In this document: positions 40,372 to 50,923 of the stretch, piece by piece
Layout: each line of letters begins with the position of its first letter
Position numbering within the stretch: the stretch's first letter is position 1
NCBI GenBank assembly: GCA_038321985.1
Contig: JBBQFN010000009.1
Location: 97,976 to 161,975 of the forward strand
Reading direction: 5' to 3'
From: Cyanophyceae cyanobacterium
GTDB taxonomy: Bacteria > Cyanobacteriota > Cyanobacteriia > Cyanobacteriales > Laspinemataceae
DNA length: 64,000 nt
Notes under the pieces: generated by a model
What the model was told of the DNA's origin: nothing
The model's input: only the letters and a program-made list of their open reading frames with translations
Databases searched by the model: none
Made by a program: the position numbers and the translations under genes

Positions 40372-41436
40372 ATGGCTGGTTCTAGCCCAGTTCCTTATCT
40401 CCTAAGAGCAGCGCGTGGCGAAAAGTTAGATCGTCCCCCGGTTTGGATGATGCGCCAAGCGGGGCGCTATATGAAGGTTTATCGAGATCTGCGCGATAAA
40501 TACCCCTCGTTTCGGGAACGCTCGGAAAATCCAGACATTGCGATCGAAATCTCTCTCCAACCTTGGCGGGCGTTTCAACCGGATGGGGTGATTCTGTTCT
40601 CGGATATCCTAACTCCCCTGCCTGGGATTGGCATTCCTTTCGACATTATCGAAAGCAAGGGACCGATTATCGACCCCCCGATCCGGACTCAGGAGCAGAT
40701 TGATAAACTGTATCCCCTGGAACCGGAGGAGACGATGCCGTTTATTCGTCCGATTCTGGAGACATTACGCAAGGAAGTCGGGACAGCATCAACGGTGTTG
40801 GGGTTTGTGGGTGCGCCCTGGACTCTGGCTGCCTATGCGATCGAGGGTAAGTCTTCTAAAGACTATACCGTGATTAAGGGCATGGCCTTTAGAGAACCAG
40901 CGATGTTGCATTCGTTTTTAGGCAAAATCGCTGATGCGATCGCCCGTTATGCTTGCTACCAAATCGATTGCGGTGCTCAATTGGTCCAAATGTTTGACTC
41001 CTGGGCGGGGCAACTGAGTCCTCAAGATTACGAAACCTTTGCCATGCCGTATCAAAAACGGGTGGTGGATCAGGTGAAGGCAGCTCACCCAGAGACCCCG
41101 ATGGTTCTGTACATTAATGGCAGTTCCGGGATTTTGGAACGGATGGCGATGTCAGGCGTCGATATCGTGAGCCTGGATTGGACCGTGGATATGAAAGAGG
41201 CGCGGCAACGACTCGGTGCAAATGTTGGTGTACAAGGAAATATTGACCCCTGTGCCTTATTTGGGTCCCATGATTTTATCCGCGATCGCATCCTGGATAC
41301 GATTCGCAAAGCAGGGAATCAAGGTCACATTCTGAATCTGGGTCATGGTGTTTTACAAGGCACCCCGGAAGAAAATGTGGCGTTCTTCTTTGAAACAGCG
41401 AAGCAGGCGGATAAATTACTAGCGGTTCATAGCTAA
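40372..41436 (+). CDS. hemE: Uroporphyrinogen decarboxylase
   Basis: [32 protein letters not shown]. Confidence 0.98.
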   Translation: MAGSSPVPYLLRAARGEKLDRPPVWMMRQAGRYMKVYRDLRDKYPSFRERSENPDIAIEISLQPWRAFQPDGVILFSDILTPLPGIGIPFDIIESKGPIIDPPIRTQEQIDKLYPLEPEETMPFIRPILETLRKEVGTASTVLGFVGAPWTLAAYAIEGKSSKDYTVIKGMAFREPAMLHSFLGKIADAIARYACYQIDCGAQLVQMFDSWAGQLSPQDYETFAMPYQKRVVDQVKAAHPETPMVLYINGSSGILERMAMSGVDIVSLDWTVDMKEARQRLGANVGVQGNIDPCALFGSHDFIRDRILDTIRKAGNQGHILNLGHGVLQGTPEENVAFFFETAKQADKLLAVHS

Positions 41437-41617
41437 TCGTCTTTGCAGCGATCGCCCGAGGGATTAAACTGAGGCGATCGCTCCCTTGCTGTGAAGGGAT
41501 GGGGGTCTAACCCCCCGTGGGACAATCCTTTTTGACAAAAAACGGTCTAAACTCTAAAATCTAAAATCTACGTTCGCACTCTGACGCTCCCACACCACCC
41601 TAGTCGTAATATCTCCA

Positions 41618-42667
41618 GTGTATTCAAATTACTATCGACCCAAAAAGCGTATTTTCATAACCGGCGCGAGTGGCTGTATTGGTCACTACCTGACCGAGGC
41701 TTTAATTCAAGAAACTGACCACGAACTCTATCTATTGGTCAGAAACCCGGACAAACTCCGACTTGATTTAGAGGCTCGTCCGGGTATTTCGATCGTGCAA
41801 GCGGATATGCGCCAGATTGATAAGTATGGGGATCTTCTCAAAACAATGGATACGGCGATTTTAGCCGCAACTGCCTGGGGAGGAGGTCAGGAAGTTTTTG
41901 ATGTCAATGTCCTGAAAACTTTACGATTGTTGGAGCTTTTAGATCCCGAAGTTTGTGAGCAGGCAATCTATTTTTCTACGGCCAGTATTCTGGATAGAAA
42001 TAATGAGTTACTGCGAGAATCCGGACAAATGGGAACTGAATACATCCGTTCTAAATTTGACTGTTTGCGCCGCTTCACCCGCTTACCGATCGCCTCGCGA
42101 ATCACTACCTTATTTCCGACTCTAGTTTTTGGGGGAGATGAGGGAAAACCCTACTCCCATGTGGCGGCAGGGATGCCAGAAATTCTTAAACGAATGAATC
42201 TGATTCGCTTCTTTAAAACGGAAGGCAGCTTTCATTTCATCCATGCTCGTGATATTGCGAAGGTGGTGGTTCATCTGGTAGACAATCCTCCGGAACCGGC
42301 TAGACCCTTTGTTTTGGGAAATCAAGCCGTTACGGTTAATCGCACAATTGAAGAAATCTGTGCGACGCTTAATAAAAATATTATCTTTCGCATTCCCCTG
42401 ACTGGGTTTCTAGTGGATCTATTTATTAAGATCTTCAAAATTGAAATGTCCTCTTGGGATAGATTCTGTCTAACTTATCGTCACTTCACCTACAAGGATC
42501 CGGTCAATCCCTCCACTTTTGGGATGATAACGGAATATGAAACCCTCCGAGACTTGATTAAGACTTACAATACAGTGCGATTACCAAAAATTGAAGAAAT
42601 TGCGAACTTGCCGGAGGAAGTCCCTCCTCCCTATGAAGGAAATTCCGATGAAGGTCCACGGTATTAA
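41618..42667 (+). CDS. NAD-dependent epimerase/dehydratase family protein
   Basis: ITGASGCIG, YxxSK, FIHARDIA. Confidence 0.9.
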   Translation: MYSNYYRPKKRIFITGASGCIGHYLTEALIQETDHELYLLVRNPDKLRLDLEARPGISIVQADMRQIDKYGDLLKTMDTAILAATAWGGGQEVFDVNVLKTLRLLELLDPEVCEQAIYFSTASILDRNNELLRESGQMGTEYIRSKFDCLRRFTRLPIASRITTLFPTLVFGGDEGKPYSHVAAGMPEILKRMNLIRFFKTEGSFHFIHARDIAKVVVHLVDNPPEPARPFVLGNQAVTVNRTIEEICATLNKNIIFRIPLTGFLVDLFIKIFKIEMSSWDRFCLTYRHFTYKDPVNPSTFGMITEYETLRDLIKTYNTVRLPKIEEIANLPEEVPPPYEGNSDEGPRY

Positions 42668-42748
42668 ATTAAAAGAAGCGATCGCTAATTACCCCCGGCG
42701 ATCGCTTGCCTTTTGGTGATAAATTTATAGGCGTTTCTTCCTTCCCTA

Positions 42749-45700
42749 TCACGAATCCACCCGGCGATTGAGGGGTTGCTTAATCGGAATTTCAATAACA
42801 AATTCTGCGCCCTCTGGGGGTTGGGAATTACAGAGAATTTGACCATTGTGTTTTTCTACAATAATTTGATAGCAAATCGCTAAACCCAACCCCGTGCCAC
42901 TCCCTACAGGCTTAGTGGTGAAAAAGGGGTCGAATAAGCGATTTTGGACAGGTTTCGGAATACCGGGTCCATTATCCCAAATCTGAATTGATACAGAATT
43001 GGCACTCATTTTTGTTGTCTGGATGCGAATTATTGGGGACCGGCGAGAACTCAATTCTGAGTTCCCATTCAGTTCGGATAAATCCGTTTCTACATACTCT
43101 TTTCTGTATAATTCCAAGGCATCAACCGCATTAGCTAACAGATTCATAAAAACCTGATTAAGCTGTCCGGGAAAGCACTCGACTTTCGGCAGTTCACCAT
43201 AGTCTTTGATAATTTCAATGCTACAATGACCGGGATTTCCTTTAAGGCGATGTTGCAAAATCAGCAGGGTACTCTCAATCCCTTCATGAATGTCTACTTG
43301 TTTCATTTCGCTCTCATCCAGACGCGAAAAGTTGCGCAAGGAGAGGACAATTGAACGAATACGTTCCGCCCCAATTTTCATGGAAGACAGCAGTTTTGGC
43401 AGATCGGACAAAATAAAATCTAGCTCGATCGCCTCTATTTCTTCTTTAATTTCTAATGCGGGTTGCGGGAAATGTTCTTGGTACAGTTGGATGAGGTGGA
43501 GTAAATCTTGGATGTATTCCCCTACATGAGTAATATTTCCATAGACAAAATTAACGGGATTGTTAATTTCGTGGGCGATTCCGGCAATCATTTGACCGAG
43601 ACTCGACATTTTTTCGGTTTGAATCAATTGAGTCTGGGTCTGCTTGAGTTCCTGCATCGCTTGTTTTAAGTGCTTATTTTTATCTTTTAACTGTTGGGTG
43701 CGACCTTGCACTCTCATTTCTAAGGTGCGGTTAGCTTCTTCTAATTGGTCATTTGCCTGTTGTAATTCCTCGCTAGCGGCGGTTAAATTAGCATAAAGCA
43801 AAGAATTTTCTAGGGAAATAACCAGTTGAGAAGAAAGGACGGTTAAAAATTCCAGGCGATCGGGGGTAAAGGCACTTTTGGCACTATTATTTTCTAAGTA
43901 AAGCAGCCCCACAGGTTGCCCGCGATCGAGGATGGGGGTACACAAGATAGATTTAGGCTGATTTTTAATAATATAGGGGTCGGTACTAAAAGTTAATTCG
44001 TAGCGGGCATCATTTAACACGAGGCTTTGTTGGGTTCGGATCACATAATTAACCGCTGATAAGGGTAGAATTGCATCAGGGGTGAGGGGGGTATAGTCAT
44101 GAAGGGTGACCTCGGGATTTTCTACGGATACGCTGGCTTTTAAACCCAGTTTTCCGTTGTGTTTTAAAATGAGGTAAGCGGTTTGAGCACCGGCATTTTC
44201 CATCAGAATGGTCATCAATTTTTCTATCAGCTTAGATAAAACGATTTCTGAGGCGATCGCCTGAGAGGCTTTGAGGGCACTTGCTAAATCTAACCCGCGA
44301 TTATGGGCGCTGGTGGAGGAGGAGGTGGTGGTAATTTGGCTGAAGTTGGGATAGCCGTCAATGGGGGTGGGTTGCAGGGTATCGATCTGATATTTTGCTT
44401 CTAAGGCTTTGACTTTAGCCGTTGCACCCCAACGTCCATAACCATAATGGGCTTTTTTCAAATAAAGTTGGGCTATTTCGTCTCGCCCTAGGCCCGAATA
44501 AAACAGGGAGGCGCGTTCATAGGCGATTGCTTCTTCCTGAATGTATCGGTATTTTTTAGCCCCTTGAATGGCGCGATCGTAATATTCCATTGCTAAGAGA
44601 GTTTGCCCTTTTACCCGAGCTTTTTCTGCCTCTACGAGGTCATATTTATGACCGAAATTAGTCGGGGAGAAATGGGCCCACTGTTCCATTTGTTTCTGAT
44701 GTGCGGTGACTTTCTTGAGTACGTTTAGTTTTTCTCGTTTTTCTAGGCGATCGCAATCGGCAAGGAGGGATAAAGAATAATAAAAATTATGTTCAGACCA
44801 ATAAGGTAACGCTGCTCCTTTTTTGCCGTAGGTTTCCGCTAATCGGCCCGACTCCACAGCTTGGGGATAGTCTTGGAAGATATAGCATAAAAATGTTTTG
44901 CAAAAAGATGCGCCAAATAGTAACATCATCTGATTTTGCTCAATCCACGTACCCAAGGTTTCTTTTTCATTAAAGCTAGACCCGACTAACTCGCAGGGTT
45001 CGGTTGATTCTCCCTGCAAATTAAGGACCATTTGTCGCCAAATTTGAATATAAGAAATATGGAAGGCTAGCTTAAGCTCCTCCATTTGCCCAAAATATTG
45101 GTTTTGTTTTTGATATACTAGGTCTAAAGATTCCCCGAGAAAAAATAAGAAATTAACATAATGAAGAGCACTATAAAAGCCATATTCTATATCTCCCGTA
45201 TCCAAACCAATTTGGATGTTATCCTGTAGGGGCTGGAGAGATAAAATGGTAGGAAATTTATATTTTTTTACAAAAACATAATATAGTACATTAACCTTTG
45301 CCTTTAGTTCTTGAGCCTTAAATTGGTCTAAAACACGCAAGGATAATTGCCCAAATTGATAGGCTGATTCAATTTTAAGATGCATACCACATAACATCAT
45401 GGCATAAATGCCATAAGCATAAGCGGCGAGGGGCGAATTGCCAAATTGAATCGAGAGTTTGACCATCGTAAAAACTACCGCAGGTAATAAGGCTGGACTG
45501 ATCAAATGGGCGGCTGGTGTCATAGTCATTAATAGCCTCATTGTCGCGATTTGATAGGGGTCTCTCATCACGGGTAAGTTGGTTAAGGCTTCAATTTCAT
45601 GACTCTCCTGGGGCAGTTCTTGCAACAAGCGATCGGCATAAGCCCGTATGGCTTTATCTTGAGTAGGCAGAACGACTCCTAAAAGAGTTAAAACTTCTAG

Positions 45701-48277
45701 GCCGGTCTTTAGTGCTAATTTGGGTTGATTTTTAGCGATATCGATTTGAATTTTTAATTCTAGAAGTTTAACTCGGTCTAATAAAGAATTAGCTTTTTCA
45801 AAAACAGCTTCATAAAGTTGTTCGGCTGGGGAGAACTGACCTTGTAAATAGTAAGTTTCGATGGCAGCTATAGATAGGTTTAAGGTCAGTTCATACTCTT
45901 GTTTCCAACCCTCCTCGCCCAGCTGTTGTAAGCCAAAATTGAAATATCTCAGGGATTGCTCATAAGCTGTTGCCGCTTTTGCTTTTTGACCTGTGGCTAA
46001 ATTGAGTTGAGCTAAATTGCTAAGTTCTGCGCGATCGCTGATCAGTTCGCCACCCAAGTTGAGATGTTCAACTAAATCAAATATTTTATTCTCCAAATCT
46101 AAAACTTGGGTGTTTTGTAAAAGCAACCGCCCGATTGTTAAGTGAACAACTTTCTTTTGTGCTTCCGGAATCAAAGAATAAGCGGATTGTTGGACGCGAT
46201 CGTGAATAAATTTGTAGAAAATTTCTACAGGTTCTGGTTCGGGTAAGATATTAAAATCAGAACTCGGGACCCTTTCAGAAATTTTTTCAAGGTCAATCAG
46301 GTCAACAATTAACCCTTCCTGAAGTGCCGGATATAACTGGTTAACGATGTCAAATTGGTTACTTTCACTGACCAGGGCAAGGACATTTAAATCGAATCGG
46401 TTTCCAATACAAGCGGCTAATTTTAAAAGAGTTTGGGTAGATTTTGGCAGTTTTTGAATTTGCGTTAGGGTTAATTCGATGACATCATCGGTAATTTCTG
46501 TACCTTGGAGGAGATCGATCTCCCACTGCCACTCGCCTTGCTGAAAATCGAAGGTTAATAAATTATCTTGGGCTAGGGATTGGAGTAATTGAATGGAAAA
46601 GAAAGGATTGCCATCGGTTTTATGGTAAACAAATTGAGCCAGGGGTGCAATGCGATCGCCCGCAGCATTCAGGCTATCGCACAGGAGTTCCTGGATATCC
46701 TGAAGTTCCAACCCTCTTAAGGGAATTGCATTTACCACTACCCCATTTTTCTGCATTTGATTGAGGGTAGTAATTAACCCATGAGTTGCCTCCACTTCAT
46801 TAGACCGATAAGTTCCCACCAGCATCAGATATTTACTATCCGGTTCAGACATCAAAAGCTGAATTAACTTTAAGGAGGCTGAATCCGCCCATTGTAAATC
46901 ATCTAAGAATAAAACTAGGGGATGTTTGGGTTGAGTAAAAACTTCAACAAATGCTTTAAAAGTTCGATGAAATCGAGCTTGGGATTCCGTAGGAGAAAGT
47001 TCGGGAACGGCGGTTTGTTCGCCCAGGACAAGTTCAATCTCAGGAATTACTTCCGCTATAATTTTGCCATTTGCACCTAAAGCATTTTGGAGCCTTTCTT
47101 TAAACTCTTCTAGGATTTCTTGCGGCTGAGTTAACCGGGTTTGAATTAATTGCTGGAAGGCATTTAACACCGCCCGGTAGGGAATATTTTGTTTATAACG
47201 ATCAAACTTGCCGGAAATCAAATAACCGTGCTGTTCTCGGATCCAGGGATGAAGCTGTCGAACTAAAGCAGACTTGCCAATACCAGAATGTCCAGCAATT
47301 AACAGGGCTTCCCGAGGACCTTGACTGATGCGAGTGAAGGTAGACTGAAGGAGGGCAATTTCCCGATCGCGTCCATAAAGTTTTCGAGGCATGGCAATTT
47401 TGCCAGTGCGATCAAACTGGGCGATCACAAAGTTATCAATTCTCCCCTGAGTTTGTAATTGGTTTAGGCAAATTTCCAGGTCAGTTTTCACTCCCCAGGC
47501 ACTTTGATAGCGATCATCGGGAGTTTTCGCGATTAATTTGATCACGATTTCTGAGAGTACCGGAGGAATTTCACGGTTGCATAAATCGGGACGAAGTGGC
47601 TGTTTAGCAATATGTTGATGGACCCACTCTAAGGGAGTTTGGGCTTGAAAAGGAAGCTGTCCCGTCAGCAATTCATAAAAAGTAATTCCTAACGAATATA
47701 AATCCGTGCGATAGTCAACCACCCGATTCATTCGCCCGGTTTGTTCGGGGGACATATAAGCGAGTGTCCCTTCCATCCCATCCGGTGCAGCAATCATCCG
47801 ATGGGTTTCTTTTCCCCCACAAAGGGCAATACTAAAATCGGCAATCTTGACTTCCCCAGTCTCTGGGTTAATAATAATATTATGGGGCTTGATATCTTTA
47901 TGAACAATTTGGCTATGATGAAGCTGAGCTAAGGTTGCCGTAATTTGAATGCCAACTTGTAAAAATGTAACTAGGTCAATCTCATGAGTTTTGAGATAGA
48001 TTTTGAGAGATTGACCGCCAAAATCTTCTACGATTAAAGCTAGACTGTTTTGATATTTTTCTAAGCTGTAGGGTTTAACAATTCCGGGAATATTCAGAGA
48101 TTTGGTAATTTCATATTCATGATTAAACCGGGCAATATCTTGAAGTTGAGGAAATTCTGCTTTAAGAATTTTAATAATAACGGGTTGTTGCGTCCGTTGA
48201 CTATAGGCTCTATAAATGACCGTACTCAGGCCGGATTGAATTTCCTGGATTTGCGAATACCCTGGAATCAAGCTCAT
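42749..48277 (-). CDS. HstK-type hybrid kinase: Ser/Thr kinase + AAA ATPase + GAF + histidine kinase
   Basis: HKDIKPHN, ADFSIA, YMSPEQ; GHSGIGKS, LDDLQWAD; GAF LYLENN; AHEINNP, DNGPG, GTGLGL. Confidence 0.95.
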   Translation of the reverse strand: MSLIPGYSQIQEIQSGLSTVIYRAYSQRTQQPVIIKILKAEFPQLQDIARFNHEYEITKSLNIPGIVKPYSLEKYQNSLALIVEDFGGQSLKIYLKTHEIDLVTFLQVGIQITATLAQLHHSQIVHKDIKPHNIIINPETGEVKIADFSIALCGGKETHRMIAAPDGMEGTLAYMSPEQTGRMNRVVDYRTDLYSLGITFYELLTGQLPFQAQTPLEWVHQHIAKQPLRPDLCNREIPPVLSEIVIKLIAKTPDDRYQSAWGVKTDLEICLNQLQTQGRIDNFVIAQFDRTGKIAMPRKLYGRDREIALLQSTFTRISQGPREALLIAGHSGIGKSALVRQLHPWIREQHGYLISGKFDRYKQNIPYRAVLNAFQQLIQTRLTQPQEILEEFKERLQNALGANGKIIAEVIPEIELVLGEQTAVPELSPTESQARFHRTFKAFVEVFTQPKHPLVLFLDDLQWADSASLKLIQLLMSEPDSKYLMLVGTYRSNEVEATHGLITTLNQMQKNGVVVNAIPLRGLELQDIQELLCDSLNAAGDRIAPLAQFVYHKTDGNPFFSIQLLQSLAQDNLLTFDFQQGEWQWEIDLLQGTEITDDVIELTLTQIQKLPKSTQTLLKLAACIGNRFDLNVLALVSESNQFDIVNQLYPALQEGLIVDLIDLEKISERVPSSDFNILPEPEPVEIFYKFIHDRVQQSAYSLIPEAQKKVVHLTIGRLLLQNTQVLDLENKIFDLVEHLNLGGELISDRAELSNLAQLNLATGQKAKAATAYEQSLRYFNFGLQQLGEEGWKQEYELTLNLSIAAIETYYLQGQFSPAEQLYEAVFEKANSLLDRVKLLELKIQIDIAKNQPKLALKTGLEVLTLLGVVLPTQDKAIRAYADRLLQELPQESHEIEALTNLPVMRDPYQIATMRLLMTMTPAAHLISPALLPAVVFTMVKLSIQFGNSPLAAYAYGIYAMMLCGMHLKIESAYQFGQLSLRVLDQFKAQELKAKVNVLYYVFVKKYKFPTILSLQPLQDNIQIGLDTGDIEYGFYSALHYVNFLFFLGESLDLVYQKQNQYFGQMEELKLAFHISYIQIWRQMVLNLQGESTEPCELVGSSFNEKETLGTWIEQNQMMLLFGASFCKTFLCYIFQDYPQAVESGRLAETYGKKGAALPYWSEHNFYYSLSLLADCDRLEKREKLNVLKKVTAHQKQMEQWAHFSPTNFGHKYDLVEAEKARVKGQTLLAMEYYDRAIQGAKKYRYIQEEAIAYERASLFYSGLGRDEIAQLYLKKAHYGYGRWGATAKVKALEAKYQIDTLQPTPIDGYPNFSQITTTSSSTSAHNRGLDLASALKASQAIASEIVLSKLIEKLMTILMENAGAQTAYLILKHNGKLGLKASVSVENPEVTLHDYTPLTPDAILPLSAVNYVIRTQQSLVLNDARYELTFSTDPYIIKNQPKSILCTPILDRGQPVGLLYLENNSAKSAFTPDRLEFLTVLSSQLVISLENSLLYANLTAASEELQQANDQLEEANRTLEMRVQGRTQQLKDKNKHLKQAMQELKQTQTQLIQTEKMSSLGQMIAGIAHEINNPVNFVYGNITHVGEYIQDLLHLIQLYQEHFPQPALEIKEEIEAIELDFILSDLPKLLSSMKIGAERIRSIVLSLRNFSRLDESEMKQVDIHEGIESTLLILQHRLKGNPGHCSIEIIKDYGELPKVECFPGQLNQVFMNLLANAVDALELYRKEYVETDLSELNGNSELSSRRSPIIRIQTTKMSANSVSIQIWDNGPGIPKPVQNRLFDPFFTTKPVGSGTGLGLAICYQIIVEKHNGQILCNSQPPEGAEFVIEIPIKQPLNRRVDS

Positions 48278-48759
48278 AAATTCAAAGATATCAAGGAATG
48301 ATTGAGTTTAGGGTATCATGGCGCGATCGCCGGTTTTTTGTTCAATTTCTCCCAGTTGGCAGTACACACAATTAAAGGAATCGGTGGAAATACTGCCACT
48401 GGGGTCAATTCCCAGCGATCGGCCATAGCGCCAAAAGGAGACGGGTCCATATATGGAAGAAAAGGGTTGAGTTGCGTTCATTGTTATTAAGGAAGCCCTC
48501 CATCGATAAAGGATCAGACTGTTAAAACTTTTAAATAGAACAATGATGGTTCCTGTGACGGGTGAAGCTATGAAACGAGATTATAGATCCAGACTCAAGT
48601 CAGAAAGAGCTTAATTAAGTATTCTTACTCTCTATTAAACCCCGTTCAATCTTAGGCAAGTCAGTATTTTACCCCTTTAATAAACTTAAACCGTAGCATT
48701 GCTAACTTATGGACTAGGAGGTAAAATGGACTTTACAGAATCAAGGCTTTAATTTTAAT

Positions 48760-48848
48760 TATAGCGTTTCCCAGGTCGGTAAGATCCCCCTAGGATATGG
48801 ATCTTGCTCCCTAGAGATCTGTAGCTCATCAGTCCGGGAACCTCTATA
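48760..48848. mobile_element. Degenerate short MITE-like element
   Basis: Imperfect terminal IR tatagcgtttccca / cgggaacctctata with TA ends and inner partial symmetry. Confidence 0.45.
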
Positions 48849-48925
48849 TAACGACTTGACAGTAGTAAAGACTGATAATATACTCGGGAATTGATGGCTC
48901 TAACACAATCTGATAGGATAAATCA

Positions 48926-49393
48926 ATGGCAAACCGGATAGACAGTCTCAGAATCGAGAGACTTGAATCCATTGAAAGTCTGGAAAAATGTGCAGAAGTA
49001 TTAATGGAGGCTTATAATGCTGAACCGTGGAATGACCAATGGACTAAAGAAAAAGCCTGGGAAAAACTGACTTGTTTTTATAATTCACCTAAATTTCTGG
49101 GATGGATGGCAATTCGAGAAAACGAACTCGTAGGGGCTTGTTTGGGAAATATCGAACCCTATTATATTGGGGACTATTTTTATTTAAAAGAAATGTTTGT
49201 ATCGGTTCATTCCCAAAGACAGGGAATCGGGTCGCAATTAATGGCAGCCTTAAAAGCCTATCTCGAAACAATAAATATTAAAACTATTATTCTCTTGACT
49301 TCTAAGGATGTATTCCCCTTTGATTTTTATCAAAAGACTGATTTTAATATCATGCAAGGAATGTGTGTGATGCATTTTGGACCCATAGAGTAA
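48926..49393 (+). CDS. GNAT family N-acetyltransferase
   Basis: YNAEPWNDQW N-terminus, EMFV...QRQGIGS acetyl-CoA motif, FYQK. Confidence 0.9.
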   Translation: MANRIDSLRIERLESIESLEKCAEVLMEAYNAEPWNDQWTKEKAWEKLTCFYNSPKFLGWMAIRENELVGACLGNIEPYYIGDYFYLKEMFVSVHSQRQGIGSQLMAALKAYLETINIKTIILLTSKDVFPFDFYQKTDFNIMQGMCVMHFGPIE

Positions 49394-49454
49394 ATCACAC
49401 CGGGCTTAACTGGATTCCTCAAGTCTATATCACTACTACATCCAGGGAATTATG

Positions 49455-49657
49455 TTAACCTTGAGCGATTGTTTGCCACTCTAGAATTACAGAAGGTGGA
49501 ATTTGTAATACAGTAGTTAACCTGGCGCTTCTTCGATTTGGCGGATTTCTGCCCAAGCAGGTTGGGCCGTTAAGCAACTTTCTCCTAACATTAGGAATGC
49601 TACAAGAGAAAAGAGAAGCAGCAGGTTAGAAAGGATGGATTTGATGCCAAGCGACAT
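49455..49657 (-). pseudogene. Internally deleted DUF3122-like gene
   Basis: Signal peptide + AWAEIRQIEEAPG*LLY, joined directly in another frame to QIPPSVILEWQTIAQG*; both ends resemble DUF3122 termini as I recall them. Confidence 0.6.
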
Positions 49658-49841
49658 ACATATTAAATTTTTTTGACGGGAATGCGCTTATCGTAGGGGA
49701 GATAAGCCCCCTAAATACCGACTGCGTTTGAATTTCTGGGGGCGATCGGGATGATTCTGAACCTTTGCCACTAGGAAACGAGTGAAGCCGTTGCTACAAA
49801 AGGGGTAACAACGACTTCCGTTAATTTAGATTTAGATAGGA

Positions 49842-50145
49842 TGGGGGCGGTGGGACTTGAACCCACACGGCTGTCTCCAGCCAACGGATTTTCATTCTCC
49901 CGCAGCTTTCGCTGCTGCCTTCAATAATCAGGCTTTGAGAATTGGACTCTCCCTTTACCCTCGGCTTTACGTTAGGGTAGCTCCCGTCGAGTCTCTGCAC
50001 CTTCCGAAATTTCGGCTTGGCTCAGGATTGCCTTGTCTGTTGCCAGAGTTAGGTTTCCCTGAATTTGAGAGCGGTCACTTAACGGATTTCTCCAGTAAGG
50101 CTCAGTTTTCTAAGTCCGTAGCGTCTACCATTCCGCCACGCCCCC
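49842..50145 (-). tRNA. trnL: tRNA-Leu(UAA), intron-containing (exons 50145-50112 and 49892-49842)
   Basis: GGGGGCGTGGCGGAATGGTAGACGCTACGGACTT | AAAATCCGT...GTGGGTTCAAGTCCCACCGCCCCCA; long variable arm; no encoded CCA. Confidence 0.97.
49893..50111 (-). ncRNA. Group I self-splicing intron in the trnL(UAA) anticodon (219 nt)
   Basis: Inserted after U34; conserved blocks AATTCAGGGAAAC, AATCCTGAGC, GTGCAGAGACTCGACGG, GAGAGTCC; ends in G (GAGAATG). Confidence 0.95.
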
Positions 50146-50222
50146 CTTTGCAATTTAGCTAGAGTTTAATCTGATTGGGCTGGTTGAGCCCGTAAGATTA
50201 AGCATTTCGCCAAAGCAAAGCT

Positions 50223-50251
50223 ATTATGCACGATTTTTCGAGGGAAGTCAA
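50223..50251 (-). promoter_or_regulatory. Sigma70-type promoter for trnL
   Basis: TTGACT-17 nt-CATAAT on the minus strand, about 75 nt before the tRNA 5' end. Confidence 0.65.
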
Positions 50252-50480
50252 CTGCTAACGCTAAATTTACCGGATTTTATGGATCAGCTTTGTTTTCAGG
50301 GATAGATTGCCAGGGGTGAGGGTGGGGGCGGCGATGTTTACCTCCCTAGAAGTTGACAACCACTTATTTATGTGATAACTCCCGCGCCGAGAGGGTTTTG
50401 AATCCCAACGGGGAAGGAGGCATCTACTCAGCAGAATGGTTTAAAGTAGAAAATAAGCACTTCAGCTACTTAGGATCCTC

Positions 50481-50849
50481 ATGGTTTATCAACCTGACTT
50501 TCTGAATTCCCACGATGAAGATGTCGAAGCGAATCAGCTCCTGAAATACTTACAGCATCAACCGCCAGAAGTTTTGGCGCGGGTTGCCAAGTCAGTCAGC
50601 CCGGAAATTAAGGAAATTATCTCTCAGAACGTACAGGGACTGGTGGGTGTCCTGCCGTCAGAGAACTTTGAGGTTCAAATTACCACGAACCGAGAGAATT
50701 TGGCCGGTATGTTGGCATCGGCGATGATGACGGGTTATTTCTTACACAAGATGGAACAACGGATGCATTTGGAGGAACGGTTATCCCAAGTTAGTCCTCT
50801 GGGGAATGACTCGGCGGGTGGCGGTACAGGGAAAAATGGATCCCGGTAG
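50481..50849 (+). CDS. DUF760 family protein
   Basis: NQLLKYLQ, SQNVQGLVG.LP.E.F.V.ITT.RENLAGMLASAMMTGYFL..ME.R. Confidence 0.92.
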   Translation: MVYQPDFLNSHDEDVEANQLLKYLQHQPPEVLARVAKSVSPEIKEIISQNVQGLVGVLPSENFEVQITTNRENLAGMLASAMMTGYFLHKMEQRMHLEERLSQVSPLGNDSAGGGTGKNGSR

Positions 50850-50861
50850 ACTGACACGCCT

Positions 50862-50923
50862 TCCTGGGGCGTTTCCCCTCGATCGCCCATCAATTCCGGT
50901 GATCGAGGGGAAACGCCCCAGGA
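50862..50923. repeat. Perfect 23-bp inverted repeat overlapping the htrA 3' end
   Basis: tcctggggcgtttcccctcgatc (50862-50884) / gatcgaggggaaacgccccagga (50901-50923). Confidence 0.85.

Noticed and set aside
49857..50162. 101-aa ORF as an intron homing endonuclease
   Set aside because: It is antisense to the tRNA/intron and has no nuclease motif
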